From a virus (lineage: Duplodnaviria; Caudoviricetes), in IMG/VR virus record IMGVR_UViG_3300044714_000169, positions 1 through 50,547 of that record: DNA of 50,547 nucleotides, one strand, 5' to 3'. Position 1 is the first letter of the stretch, and every line of letters starts with the position of its first letter. The position numbers and the translations under genes were made by a program. The notes beneath the pieces were generated by a model. It searched no databases, had not been told where the DNA came from, and worked only from the letters and a program-made list of their open reading frames with translations. This document shows, piece by piece, positions 27,472 through 35,633 of this stretch.

Positions 27472-28632
27472 ATGACTGAGCCTGAAGCCCAACAATGGAT
27501 GAACTATCGCAGGACGCACCTTGCAGAAATGGCCGACTGGACGCCGGGATTCGACATGCTCAATGTATCGGTGAGCCATGCAGATGCGGCGAACGGTTCT
27601 CCTAAGCTAGGCGACAAAATCGCACGAAACCCGGCGAATCACGACGACAAATGGCTGGTTGCTAAAGCGTATTTCGAGGCGAACTTCGAGGCTCCTGCCG
27701 CCCCATCCCAGACACGACAGCCGCCACCAGAACAATGCCGCGACATACCCGGCTGGCCTGAATACTGGGCATCGCTCGATAAGGATTCGCAGGACAAACT
27801 AACCGCTGCTGGACTTGAAGGCGCGCGTGCATGGTTCGCTATCGGAGCAGTGTGGGGAGCGCGACATATGGCGGATACACGACAGCCAGTAGAAGGGCCA
27901 ACAAACTATTCAACGAACCTCGCGCCCGTCTACATCGCAGAGCAGATTTTCTTCCACGTACTTATGCACGGCGGAGAGGGAAATCCGTTTCGATCAATCG
28001 CAAACAAGTGGTTCATTGATCTGGCTGCGCCGAAAATCCGCGAGTTGCTAACTGCCGCGCCCCAGACACGACAGAGTGCGGAAGAAACTCCGATGAAGTC
28101 GAATACGGAAACTCCGACCGATGAAGAACTTCGCCTCGCCAATACGCCGGAAGGAAAATTGCTGACGCAGGTGACCCGAGAACTGACTGGTGACTCGGAA
28201 CTAGAAATGTGCTCGACCTGCCGAATGCTGACTCCGCGAATGATTATGCGTGTCAGTCAGGAAGCGATGCGACGTTGGGCCAGTCTGCAGGCCCCATCTC
28301 CTAACGATTGGATTCCAGTAAGTGAGAAGCTGCCGGAGCCTGTTAAAGAGGTGCTTATCATCGTGTTGCGCCATGTGTGGTCGAATTCGGGAAAGACTAT
28401 CGTGCCTGCTGACAGTTGGGTGCAGCTCGGCTCACTACGGCCCGACAAAGTGTGGATTGACGACGATTCAACGATCGGCACGGCGGACGAAAAGCGAGCC
28501 TCGAAGATTCACCAGACCGAATGGCGAGAGGTTACCCACTGGATGCCGAAGCCAGAACTGCCGCCGTCGGCCTACCCTAGCTCCCCCAGCCTTAAAGGAG
28601 AACACGCGATTAAACGGAGACAAAAATGGTGA
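27472..28632 (+). CDS. Mosaic multi-domain protein with C-terminal DUF551-like domain
   Basis: Start at ATG 27472 (AAGGA RBS); WIPVSEKLP...VTHWMPKP is the DUF551 signature. Confidence 0.7.
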   Translation: MTEPEAQQWMNYRRTHLAEMADWTPGFDMLNVSVSHADAANGSPKLGDKIARNPANHDDKWLVAKAYFEANFEAPAAPSQTRQPPPEQCRDIPGWPEYWASLDKDSQDKLTAAGLEGARAWFAIGAVWGARHMADTRQPVEGPTNYSTNLAPVYIAEQIFFHVLMHGGEGNPFRSIANKWFIDLAAPKIRELLTAAPQTRQSAEETPMKSNTETPTDEELRLANTPEGKLLTQVTRELTGDSELEMCSTCRMLTPRMIMRVSQEAMRRWASLQAPSPNDWIPVSEKLPEPVKEVLIIVLRHVWSNSGKTIVPADSWVQLGSLRPDKVWIDDDSTIGTADEKRASKIHQTEWREVTHWMPKPELPPSAYPSSPSLKGEHAIKRRQKW

Positions 28633-28865
28633 GAGTTAAAGCGATTGGAGATCACGCCGAAGTCTACTGCGGCAGCGCAGACAATGGAACCACCGTCACG
28701 CTAGACCCGGAAGAGACTCAGAGCTTGTGCCAGCAACTGATTGACTTGCGTGACCGTAGAAAGCTGGACTCTACATTAAAGGGCCGCAAGCCTCCTGAAG
28801 GCTGGCAAGCAGACATTGGCGCCCCAGGGTTAGAAGAACTCGATTGGATGCGAGGGGAAAGTTGA
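28626..28865 (+). CDS. Hypothetical protein
   Basis: GGAG RBS; operon packing. Confidence 0.5.
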   Translation: MVRVKAIGDHAEVYCGSADNGTTVTLDPEETQSLCQQLIDLRDRRKLDSTLKGRKPPEGWQADIGAPGLEELDWMRGES

Positions 28866-29038
28866 TGCCATTCCCCTGCGTATCCCTAACAGATCGAACT
28901 TCTGGGAATTATCCGAAGTGGAACAAGAACTCTCAATTTGAGAAGGATTGCCTCAAACAAGTTGGACTGCCGGAGGATTATCATCCAACCGAAGAAGAAG
29001 CTGAGCGGATTGTGATCGCGGCACTAGAAGGTTCCTGA
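28865..29038 (+). CDS. Hypothetical protein
   Basis: TGATG overlap with previous gene. Confidence 0.45.
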   Translation: MPFPCVSLTDRTSGNYPKWNKNSQFEKDCLKQVGLPEDYHPTEEEAERIVIAALEGS

Positions 29039-29114
29039 CGAGAAACATAGAGACGAATGTCCGATTGGTGTGGCTGAGGCTGCTCTCTCTGGGCTCACAA
29101 AGGAAGGGTCACAA

Positions 29115-29438
29115 ATGCATTATCCGAAAATCAAGCATCCCGAATGGCTGAAGTTTTGCACGATTGAGCGCACCTACAAACTCTATCGTGAGGGCAACTT
29201 ACCAGCCTCGATAGAGGGATTTATGCTCGTGACGCCTCTTAAGCACGCCTTGCGGTGTATTTACGGAAGCGATCTTCGTGCAGCCCTAGTGCTATTGCGT
29301 CAGGCTCTTTGGGGCCATGCTAAACGGCCTTATGCCTACGCAAACTGGCTCCTGCACCGCAAGCAATGGGAAAACGAGGAAATAGCCGAAGAGATGAAAG
29401 AGATCGAAGATGAGATTAAGGCTGAGGGTAGAGACTAG
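29115..29438 (+). CDS. Hypothetical protein
   Basis: ATG 29115 after AAGGAAGG. Confidence 0.55.
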   Translation: MHYPKIKHPEWLKFCTIERTYKLYREGNLPASIEGFMLVTPLKHALRCIYGSDLRAALVLLRQALWGHAKRPYAYANWLLHRKQWENEEIAEEMKEIEDEIKAEGRD

Positions 29439-29522
29439 AGGTGGCGCAACGAAAGGGGACACGCGAATGAGTTACACCGAAGAGGGTGAAATTGCAGACA
29501 ACGACGGAAGGACTCGGCCCCA

Positions 29523-29723
29523 ATGACAACCTCTGATCCCAGGACAAAGAGAACGCGCCAAATTAAACGCTGGGCCGCGTTAGATTTCGGTCCGAGGGAA
29601 GAATCGACAGGGTGTCCGCAATGTGGCAGCAAGATACGCTCGTTCAAAGGGCAGCAATGTTACCAAGCGCCCCATGAATGGCACGACGAAAATAATGCTC
29701 ACTACTTGCAGAAAAAGCGCTGA
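29523..29723 (+). CDS. Small protein with CPQC motif
   Basis: AAGGA RBS; CxxC. Confidence 0.4.
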   Translation: MTTSDPRTKRTRQIKRWAALDFGPREESTGCPQCGSKIRSFKGQQCYQAPHEWHDENNAHYLQKKR

Positions 29724-29768
29724 CTAGCTTTGTGGGGCCAGAGAGAACACGGAAGGGAGCAATGAGAG

Positions 29769-30074
29769 ATGAAGTGTAAGCATTGTTTTACCTCAAATAG
29801 CCGAGAGTGTTTCCGAAGTTTTACGGGCTGCAAGATTATCGGCGTTCTGTTCGATGCTTTCCCGCTACGTTGCCGCGACTTGCAGGAAGGCACGCAGACG
29901 TTCGTGTTTGATTGCGGACATGCTATAACCTTCGCCTCTAACGGCTCGTTTTGGCCGGAATCGGACGATGGAGTACGGCAAGCGATTGAAGATACACGCG
30001 AACGCATCAAACGCGACCAACAAGACGCAGAAGGGATTCTCAAGCTGGCTGGAGCTTTACCGGAGGCCCGATGA
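29769..30074 (+). CDS. Hypothetical protein
   Basis: ORF overlapping next start (ATGA). Confidence 0.5.
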   Translation: MKCKHCFTSNSRECFRSFTGCKIIGVLFDAFPLRCRDLQEGTQTFVFDCGHAITFASNGSFWPESDDGVRQAIEDTRERIKRDQQDAEGILKLAGALPEAR

Positions 30075-30691
30075 ACTCTCCTGAGAGCGCCAAGGAACGA
30101 TGCCCGACATGCAAGAGCCCAGATGTCGCAGAGCGCTGGTGTATGTCATGGCACTGGGATGTGACGTTTACTCCGCATCGCGTAGGTGCTACTTTAACGG
30201 GCTGCGTTTTGTGCTTGAACCCCATACACGGCGCGGCTCCTCTGCCCCAGCCTACAGCCCCGCCCGAAACGTTTGCGTCACGCTCAGAAGAGAAGCGTAT
30301 TCGTTCTATGCGTGGCGATCCTAATCCTCTTGATCCGCGTCCGGTGGCTCAGACAATAGAAGCCGAGCAATCACGAGAAGAGTTTGAGAAATGGATGGCT
30401 GCGGAGTACGACTCGATTCGACTAGGGCGAGATCCAGAAAGCGGCTTGTACTTCTCTAATCATGCCGACCGAATGTGGGATACGTGGCAAGCTGCGGCGG
30501 CCTTCTCTGCCCACCAGAAAGCAGAACTAACGCAAACTTTGAGGAATTTGTTGGCAGTAATTCACCGGGACGGAGGTCACTACGCAGCGGAACACGGATT
30601 GGATAAAGCCAGCCTTGATGCCGAGAAGGTTGTTATACAAACAAGAGCCGAGCTTGCGTCTCTCCGCGAAGTTCTGATGAAACTTTCCTAG
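30071..30691 (+). CDS. Mosaic hypothetical protein (N-terminal Zn-binding motif)
   Basis: GGAGG RBS; CPTC...C..C; LRNLLAVIHRDGGHY accessory module. Confidence 0.6.
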   Translation: MNSPESAKERCPTCKSPDVAERWCMSWHWDVTFTPHRVGATLTGCVLCLNPIHGAAPLPQPTAPPETFASRSEEKRIRSMRGDPNPLDPRPVAQTIEAEQSREEFEKWMAAEYDSIRLGRDPESGLYFSNHADRMWDTWQAAAAFSAHQKAELTQTLRNLLAVIHRDGGHYAAEHGLDKASLDAEKVVIQTRAELASLREVLMKLS

Positions 30692-30779
30692 ATAGTCACG
30701 CTGCTGGCGGCGATATTCAACTCGCGCTCCACCCTCTCAGCCGGTCCCGAGAAGGAGAAACACGATCAAAACTCCAATG

Positions 30780-30818
30780 CCACTGGTCCTTGAAATCCTC
30801 CGCAAATTATGATATAAT
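30780..30818 (+). promoter_or_regulatory. Sigma70 promoter with CCACTGG box (replication/modification operon)
   Basis: CCACTGG-TCC-TTGAAA-N17-TATAAT. Confidence 0.85.
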
Positions 30819-30866
30819 TAGGCTTGTTAGAGAACAGAAGTTGATCCCCACAAATCAGGAGGCCAC

Positions 30867-31961
30867 TTGATCGCGAATGTCAGCCGACTTCGACAGTTTC
30901 AAGCTTGTCGGGAGAAAGCGTATAACTGGGATGAGCTGAGATTAACTTCCTATCGTGATGCCGACCCGTTGATGATCGGAGAGGCCTATCACCGCGGTTC
31001 CGAGGTCTTAGCCAAACTGGGTGATATCGAAGCCGCGGTACAGGCAGCGGAAGACACCTTCCGGAAGCGGTTGGAAGGCCAAATGATCCTCCCGGAGGAA
31101 CGCCCTGAAATCGAGCGTGAGATCGAGTTTGTTCGGCATGCCACCCGAGCATGGGCAGCTCACTATGACACCGCCGACTTCAAGATTTTATGGCCGGAGG
31201 TTTCCGGGATGGTTCCGCTGCCAAATACGGAACATCACTGTTTCTTCGTCCATCGAATTCTCTATCCGAACGACCCTAATCCCGCTCACGCGCTGATGTG
31301 TATAGATGCGCGCTGTCGACAACCTCACTTCTTAAAATTCCGCACTGACGGAGTCCTCGAATTCTACCACAAAGTCTGGTTGCTGGAACAAAAGACGACT
31401 AGTTCCACCGCCCGAAACAACTTCTGGCCGAAGTGGAATATGGAATTTCAAGTCGGCTGTTACATGTACGGGGTTTGGAGAAAGACCGGCGTCCGTCCCT
31501 CCGGCGTCATGATCAACGCGATCATCAAACACTTCCAGCGGGATAACTCCCGAAAAACCGACAACGGTGGATACAAAATGAAGTTGGATCCCACCAACGT
31601 CGACTTCGAGCGGGAAGGCTTCGTCTACACCGAGGCGATGTTATTATCGTTCGAGAAAGATCTGATCGCTCAAGCTAACGAATACGAGGCTGCGTTCAGC
31701 AACCCGCTCAAAATCTTCCGAAACACCGATAACTGCTTCAACTACAACCGGGCTTGTTATTACTGGAACCGGTGTCAGAGAAAATACTCGGGCGAAACCA
31801 CCGTTGAAGTTGAAGGCGAATTCCGCGAACGCCCGAAAGACTACGTCGAGTTATCATACTACGAATTGTTGGGGTTACCAACCCCGGAACAAGGAGAAAC
31901 ATGTCAACCGAACGAAGCGAGTGTGAAGACTGCGGACTCGAATTCGACCCCAGTGAGTTAG
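30867..31961 (+). CDS. PD-(D/E)XK Cas4/RecB-like exonuclease
   Basis: SRLRQFQACRE; GEAYH; FRTDGV...LEQKT; QVGCY; C-terminal CFNYNRAC.YWNRC Fe-S-type cysteines. Confidence 0.8.
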   Translation: MIANVSRLRQFQACREKAYNWDELRLTSYRDADPLMIGEAYHRGSEVLAKLGDIEAAVQAAEDTFRKRLEGQMILPEERPEIEREIEFVRHATRAWAAHYDTADFKILWPEVSGMVPLPNTEHHCFFVHRILYPNDPNPAHALMCIDARCRQPHFLKFRTDGVLEFYHKVWLLEQKTTSSTARNNFWPKWNMEFQVGCYMYGVWRKTGVRPSGVMINAIIKHFQRDNSRKTDNGGYKMKLDPTNVDFEREGFVYTEAMLLSFEKDLIAQANEYEAAFSNPLKIFRNTDNCFNYNRACYYWNRCQRKYSGETTVEVEGEFRERPKDYVELSYYELLGLPTPEQGETCQPNEASVKTADSNSTPVS

Positions 31962-32059
31962 ACGTCGACGGTCTTTGTCAAGAATGTCGAGATGGGGGTG
32001 ACGGAGTAGAAGAAGAAGAAGAAGAAGAAGAAGAACAGGAGGAAGAAGATGCCAGTTGA
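31901..32059 (+). CDS. 52-aa highly acidic Zn-finger microprotein
   Basis: AAGGAG RBS; MSTERSECEDC...LCQECRDGGDGVEEEEEEEEEQEEEDAS; (GAA)9 at 32009-32035; not in ORF track. Confidence 0.65.
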   Translation: MSTERSECEDCGLEFDPSELDVDGLCQECRDGGDGVEEEEEEEEEQEEEDAS

Positions 32060-32726
32060 CCGAGTTTGCCTCTACTCAGGCGGGCTCGACTCTACCACGC
32101 TTCTTTGGAGTCTGCGCCCAAACGTGAAAGCCCTGCTCATCAACTACGGGCAACGCCACGCGGTCGAACTCGTCCACGCAGCCAAACTCTGTAACACGTT
32201 CGGGATCGATTATGAAACCGCGGATCTGTCGGGGATCAACCGACTAATCCATAAAGGTAGTCAATCAGGTGACGAACTTCCCCCCGATGGTCACTACGCC
32301 GAGGAAACGATGAAAACCACCATCGTTCCCAACCGAAATTCTATCATGTTATCAGTGGCTGTCGGTTGGGCGGTAGCAACCGGGTGTAAAGAAGTTTACT
32401 TCGCCGCCCACGCTGGCGATCACACGATCTACCCCGACTGCCGACGTCAATTCATCGACAAGTTTGCTGAAGCGATGATCGAAGCTAACTTATGGAACCC
32501 AGTTCTAGTTCGAGCGCCATTTGTCCTGATGAACAAATCCGATATCGTGAAGCTGGCCAATAACCTGGGCGTCCCCTTCCAGATGACCTGGAGTTGTTAC
32601 AAAGGTGACAAAATCCACTGCGGTAAGTGTGGAACCTGCACCGAACGGCGGGAAGCATTCCAGCTAGCCGATATCAACGACACTACCGAGTACGAGTATA
32701 CCGGACCGTTGATGGAGGCGAAGTGA
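32049..32726 (+). CDS. queC: 7-cyano-7-deazaguanine (preQ0) synthase
   Basis: SGGLDS PP-loop, YGQRH, VPNRN, YPDCR, TWSCY...HCGKCGTC. Confidence 0.95.
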   Translation: MPVDRVCLYSGGLDSTTLLWSLRPNVKALLINYGQRHAVELVHAAKLCNTFGIDYETADLSGINRLIHKGSQSGDELPPDGHYAEETMKTTIVPNRNSIMLSVAVGWAVATGCKEVYFAAHAGDHTIYPDCRRQFIDKFAEAMIEANLWNPVLVRAPFVLMNKSDIVKLANNLGVPFQMTWSCYKGDKIHCGKCGTCTERREAFQLADINDTTEYEYTGPLMEAK

Positions 32727-32926
32727 GCATCCTCGACCCCAAAAAAATCGCCCAATCAATCATCTCCGACCCAACCAAATGGGTGTTGATGAAATGTGGG
32801 TTTTGTGGTAACGTCGATCACTGGCGAGTCTTAATCAACGTCACCGGGGTTGTCTGTTGGTGTCAAAAGTGTCAGAAGAAGTACAAACTTGAATCCGATT
32901 CCGGGGTAAAGGTGATAGATGCCTAA
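32723..32926 (+). CDS. Zinc-ribbon protein
   Basis: GTG start overlapping queC stop; CGFC...CQKC. Confidence 0.55.
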   Translation: MSILDPKKIAQSIISDPTKWVLMKCGFCGNVDHWRVLINVTGVVCWCQKCQKKYKLESDSGVKVIDA

Positions 32927-33677
32927 ATTTGCTACAGTCGCAATCGATAGTGTAGGAGAACTCGCTCGCCTCTTCTTCAGCAAGGACATGGGTAAGGGTG
33001 CAAACGACCGTGAAAAAATCCGCGCCATGCAGAACTATCCGGGCGCGACTGAACGGTTAAACATGCTCTGTCGATCGTTGAAACAAAAACGTGACAAGGG
33101 GGTGGAAATTGTCTTCACGGCTCATGAAGATATCGAAAAAGTATACGCTAGGGGCGGCGCCATGGCAGGGAAAGGTCAGGCACCTCCTGATCCAGTTGCT
33201 GTCAAGGGTTGGCCAGATGTCCCGGGTAAGAGGGCTCCCGACGAATTCTGCCGCGCGTGCGATAATGTACTCCGCGTACGTCGAGTTAATAACAGCCCCG
33301 CATGGATTGCTGCACGCGAATCAATCGGAGTTGGCGCGGATTACTGGGAGGTTAAAGACCGGTTTAACGGACCCGCAGTTAGAGCAGGCCTACTACCCGC
33401 CAACTACGAGGAGTTGAAAAAGTCCATCTGCGCGGTAAACCCAGGTTGGTGGCGAGCCCCTTACCTCTGGATGCTCTACGGCCCTTACGGAATCGGGAAG
33501 ACCCGCAGTTTGTTAAGCTTCCCCAAACCAATCTTCGTTATCGACCTCGACAAGGGAACAAAATCAATCACTGAGGAAGAAGCCAAATCCGCCCAAATGA
33601 CCATCGATCAATCTATCGACGTTGAGGAATCCGCCCACTACGACAGATTCTTCGGAATTTTGGAGGCAGCGTTCTAA
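32919..33677 (+). CDS. Sak4/AAA_24-like RecA-fold ATPase, circularly permuted
   Basis: Walker B TVAIDS at N-terminus, IVFTAHE, EVKDRF; Walker A GPYGIGKT and VIDLDKG near C-terminus. Confidence 0.8.
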   Translation: MPKFATVAIDSVGELARLFFSKDMGKGANDREKIRAMQNYPGATERLNMLCRSLKQKRDKGVEIVFTAHEDIEKVYARGGAMAGKGQAPPDPVAVKGWPDVPGKRAPDEFCRACDNVLRVRRVNNSPAWIAARESIGVGADYWEVKDRFNGPAVRAGLLPANYEELKKSICAVNPGWWRAPYLWMLYGPYGIGKTRSLLSFPKPIFVIDLDKGTKSITEEEAKSAQMTIDQSIDVEESAHYDRFFGILEAAF

Positions 33678-33678
33678 C

Positions 33679-33918
33679 TTGACCAAACTAGCCGACCACA
33701 TCCAAATCTCTCTCACGATTTCAGACGAACGTTGGCCTGAAATCACCCTCGTGGGTCAGCGGTCAGGGACCTGCGGAACCGCAGCCGCAATCACCCAAAA
33801 ACAGCAGTACGACCTAGCCTACGGAAAAGGCGAGGAAATGCTGCATAACCTGCTCAGACCGGCAGTCGACGAACTGATAAAACGTCGGAAAGGGCCCAAA
33901 TTAAACCCAGGAGAATAA
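33679..33918 (+). CDS. Hypothetical protein (start uncertain)
   Basis: Fills gap between ATPase and SSB. Confidence 0.45.
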   Translation: MTKLADHIQISLTISDERWPEITLVGQRSGTCGTAAAITQKQQYDLAYGKGEEMLHNLLRPAVDELIKRRKGPKLNPGE

Positions 33919-33919
33919 A

Positions 33920-34348
33920 ATGTTAAGAACAGAAGACATGTCGAAAGTTTCCGACTCCGACCTGATGAAGGAGGGTTGGTATCGGGTACGAATCAGTAAC
34001 GTGAAGGAAACCGACGATTCCGGGAATCAACTTCTCTCCAAAACCGGACAGGAACCAATCGTCGAGTTAACCTTGAAGGTTCAGAACGAGGGGGAGTTCT
34101 TCGGTCGTTCGTTTAAGGACAAACCCTCGCTGCAACCCCACGCGCTGTTCAAACTGAAGGCGTATTACAAAGCGGTTGGGTACGCGCCGGGACCGGAAGG
34201 CCACGATCCGGCAAAGCTGCTGGACGGGGAGGTTTGGGTATGGGTTAGCCCGGGTCAGTATCAGGGTCAACCGGTGTTAAACATCCCCCCGTATTCAATT
34301 CGTAGTTTGCAGGAAGGCGCCGGCGGTCCAGGCGGGAAGAAGAACTAA
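33920..34348 (+). CDS. DUF669-like single-stranded DNA-binding protein
   Basis: EGWYRVRI...SKTG...LTLKV..GEFFGR...ALFKLK; usual partner of Sak4. Confidence 0.75.
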   Translation: MLRTEDMSKVSDSDLMKEGWYRVRISNVKETDDSGNQLLSKTGQEPIVELTLKVQNEGEFFGRSFKDKPSLQPHALFKLKAYYKAVGYAPGPEGHDPAKLLDGEVWVWVSPGQYQGQPVLNIPPYSIRSLQEGAGGPGGKKN

Positions 34349-34452
34349 TGTGGGCGCTCGTGTTGGTAATTAGTTACGGGGCTTTAGTCGTTTGGCTAGA
34401 GTCCCGTAGCGAGCGCAAGGAGAGGGAGAGGTGGAGGAAACGTGGAGATTAG
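34348..34452 (+). CDS. 34-aa membrane-anchored peptide
   Basis: TAATG overlap; MWALVLVISYGALVVWL followed by a basic tail. Confidence 0.4.
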   Translation: MWALVLVISYGALVVWLESRSERKERERWRKRGD

Positions 34453-34981
34453 CAAGGAATTTAAATTTGAGGCGAGTCACGTTTTACCAAACCACCCGGG
34501 TAAGTGTTCCAGACTTCACGGCCACTCCTGGGTGCTGAGAGTTGCGGTAACGGGTGAAGTCAACCGCGAAACCGGCTTCGTGATGGACTACGCTGATTTG
34601 AAGAAGTGTGTCCAGCCGATCGTCGACGCCCTAGACCACCGTCATCTAGGTACTTTCGCACTACCAGGAGGGCAAGCCCCTTTGGCACTTTACCAGTGGA
34701 AGCCTGAAGGCCCCGATATCCACTACCCGAACGAGATCTACCCCAGCTCCGAAAATCTCCTTTGGTGGATTGCGGGACAACTTCACGGCCTCGACCTTTA
34801 TCGGATCAAACGATTCAAACAAGATCCTGAAATTCGGTCTTTCCGACCTGGCGAGATTATCCCCTTCGAAGAGCGCGAGAAGATCGACGTCATCAGCCGG
34901 TGGTCCTACATCCAATTAAACGAAACTTGCACCTCATCAGCAATCTTATGCCGAGACGAATTTAATGCCCTACAACGCTGA
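34442..34981 (+). CDS. queD: 6-carboxy-5,6,7,8-tetrahydropterin synthase
   Basis: FEASH.L, CSRLHGHSW, MDYADLK, LDHRHL, PSSENL, ET motifs. Confidence 0.93.
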   Translation: MEISKEFKFEASHVLPNHPGKCSRLHGHSWVLRVAVTGEVNRETGFVMDYADLKKCVQPIVDALDHRHLGTFALPGGQAPLALYQWKPEGPDIHYPNEIYPSSENLLWWIAGQLHGLDLYRIKRFKQDPEIRSFRPGEIIPFEEREKIDVISRWSYIQLNETCTSSAILCRDEFNALQR

Positions 34982-35288
34982 ACTGCAAATGCTGCGGGAA
35001 TTCTTCCTGTTGAACGCGCCACGAATACTCTGCGTGTTCTGCCATCTACCCATCTACCCACCTGAATTATCCAACCGATTAACCTTCGGGCATCGTCGCC
35101 ACACCAAAGTTCACTTTGCAAATTTCACGGTTCACCACGGAGACGGGAACCGTGAAAACAACACTGACCAGAATTTAAAAAACAGTCACAGCGACTGTCA
35201 CAAGCGTTATCACAAACAACTACTACTCCATGGAGGAACAAATGCCGTTAACAGCAGCCCAAATTCAACAGAAAGTCAACCAAGTTAA
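34965..35288 (+). CDS. HNH endonuclease-like protein
   Basis: CVFC...VHHGDGNRENN...NL...HSDCHKRYH. Confidence 0.75.
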   Translation: MPYNAELQMLREFFLLNAPRILCVFCHLPIYPPELSNRLTFGHRRHTKVHFANFTVHHGDGNRENNTDQNLKNSHSDCHKRYHKQLLLHGGTNAVNSSPNSTESQPS

Positions 35289-35550
35289 CAACTGGGTTAC
35301 CGCGATCGAGGGTAACGCCCACCAAACTGTCGCCTCGGCGATCAAGGGTATCGCCGGGATCATGGGAGATTTCGCCACCGATCTGTTGGAGGCGAAAGCG
35401 GCGTTGGCTGCGCTTCAGTCGAAGACACCCGGGCAAACCCCAGCACCGCCAACCAACCCAAATCCACCCGCAGCCAACCCGAACCCGAACCCAACGCCGG
35501 CACCGGCAGCTCAACCCAACGCGCAGACCCAACCAACAAAAACAGCCTAA
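35242..35550 (+). CDS. Coiled-coil protein with Pro/Asn-rich tail
   Basis: GGAGG RBS; PNPPAANPNPNPTP tail. Confidence 0.6.
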   Translation: MPLTAAQIQQKVNQVNNWVTAIEGNAHQTVASAIKGIAGIMGDFATDLLEAKAALAALQSKTPGQTPAPPTNPNPPAANPNPNPTPAPAAQPNAQTQPTKTA

Positions 35551-35565
35551 GGGAGGAGGTTCCAG

Positions 35566-35616
35566 ATGGCAGGCAAGAAGAAGATGAAAAAGATGAAGGA
35601 CAAGAAGAAACACTAA
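35566..35616 (+). CDS. 16-aa Lys-rich micropeptide
   Basis: GGGAGGAGGT RBS then MAGKKKMKKMKDKKKH*. Confidence 0.45.
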   Translation: MAGKKKMKKMKDKKKH

Positions 35617-35633
35617 CCGAAGGGAGATGATCC

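Noticed and set aside
30867-31961. Cas4-like gene as part of a CRISPR system
   Set aside because: No repeat-spacer array or other cas genes; context is a phage recombination module
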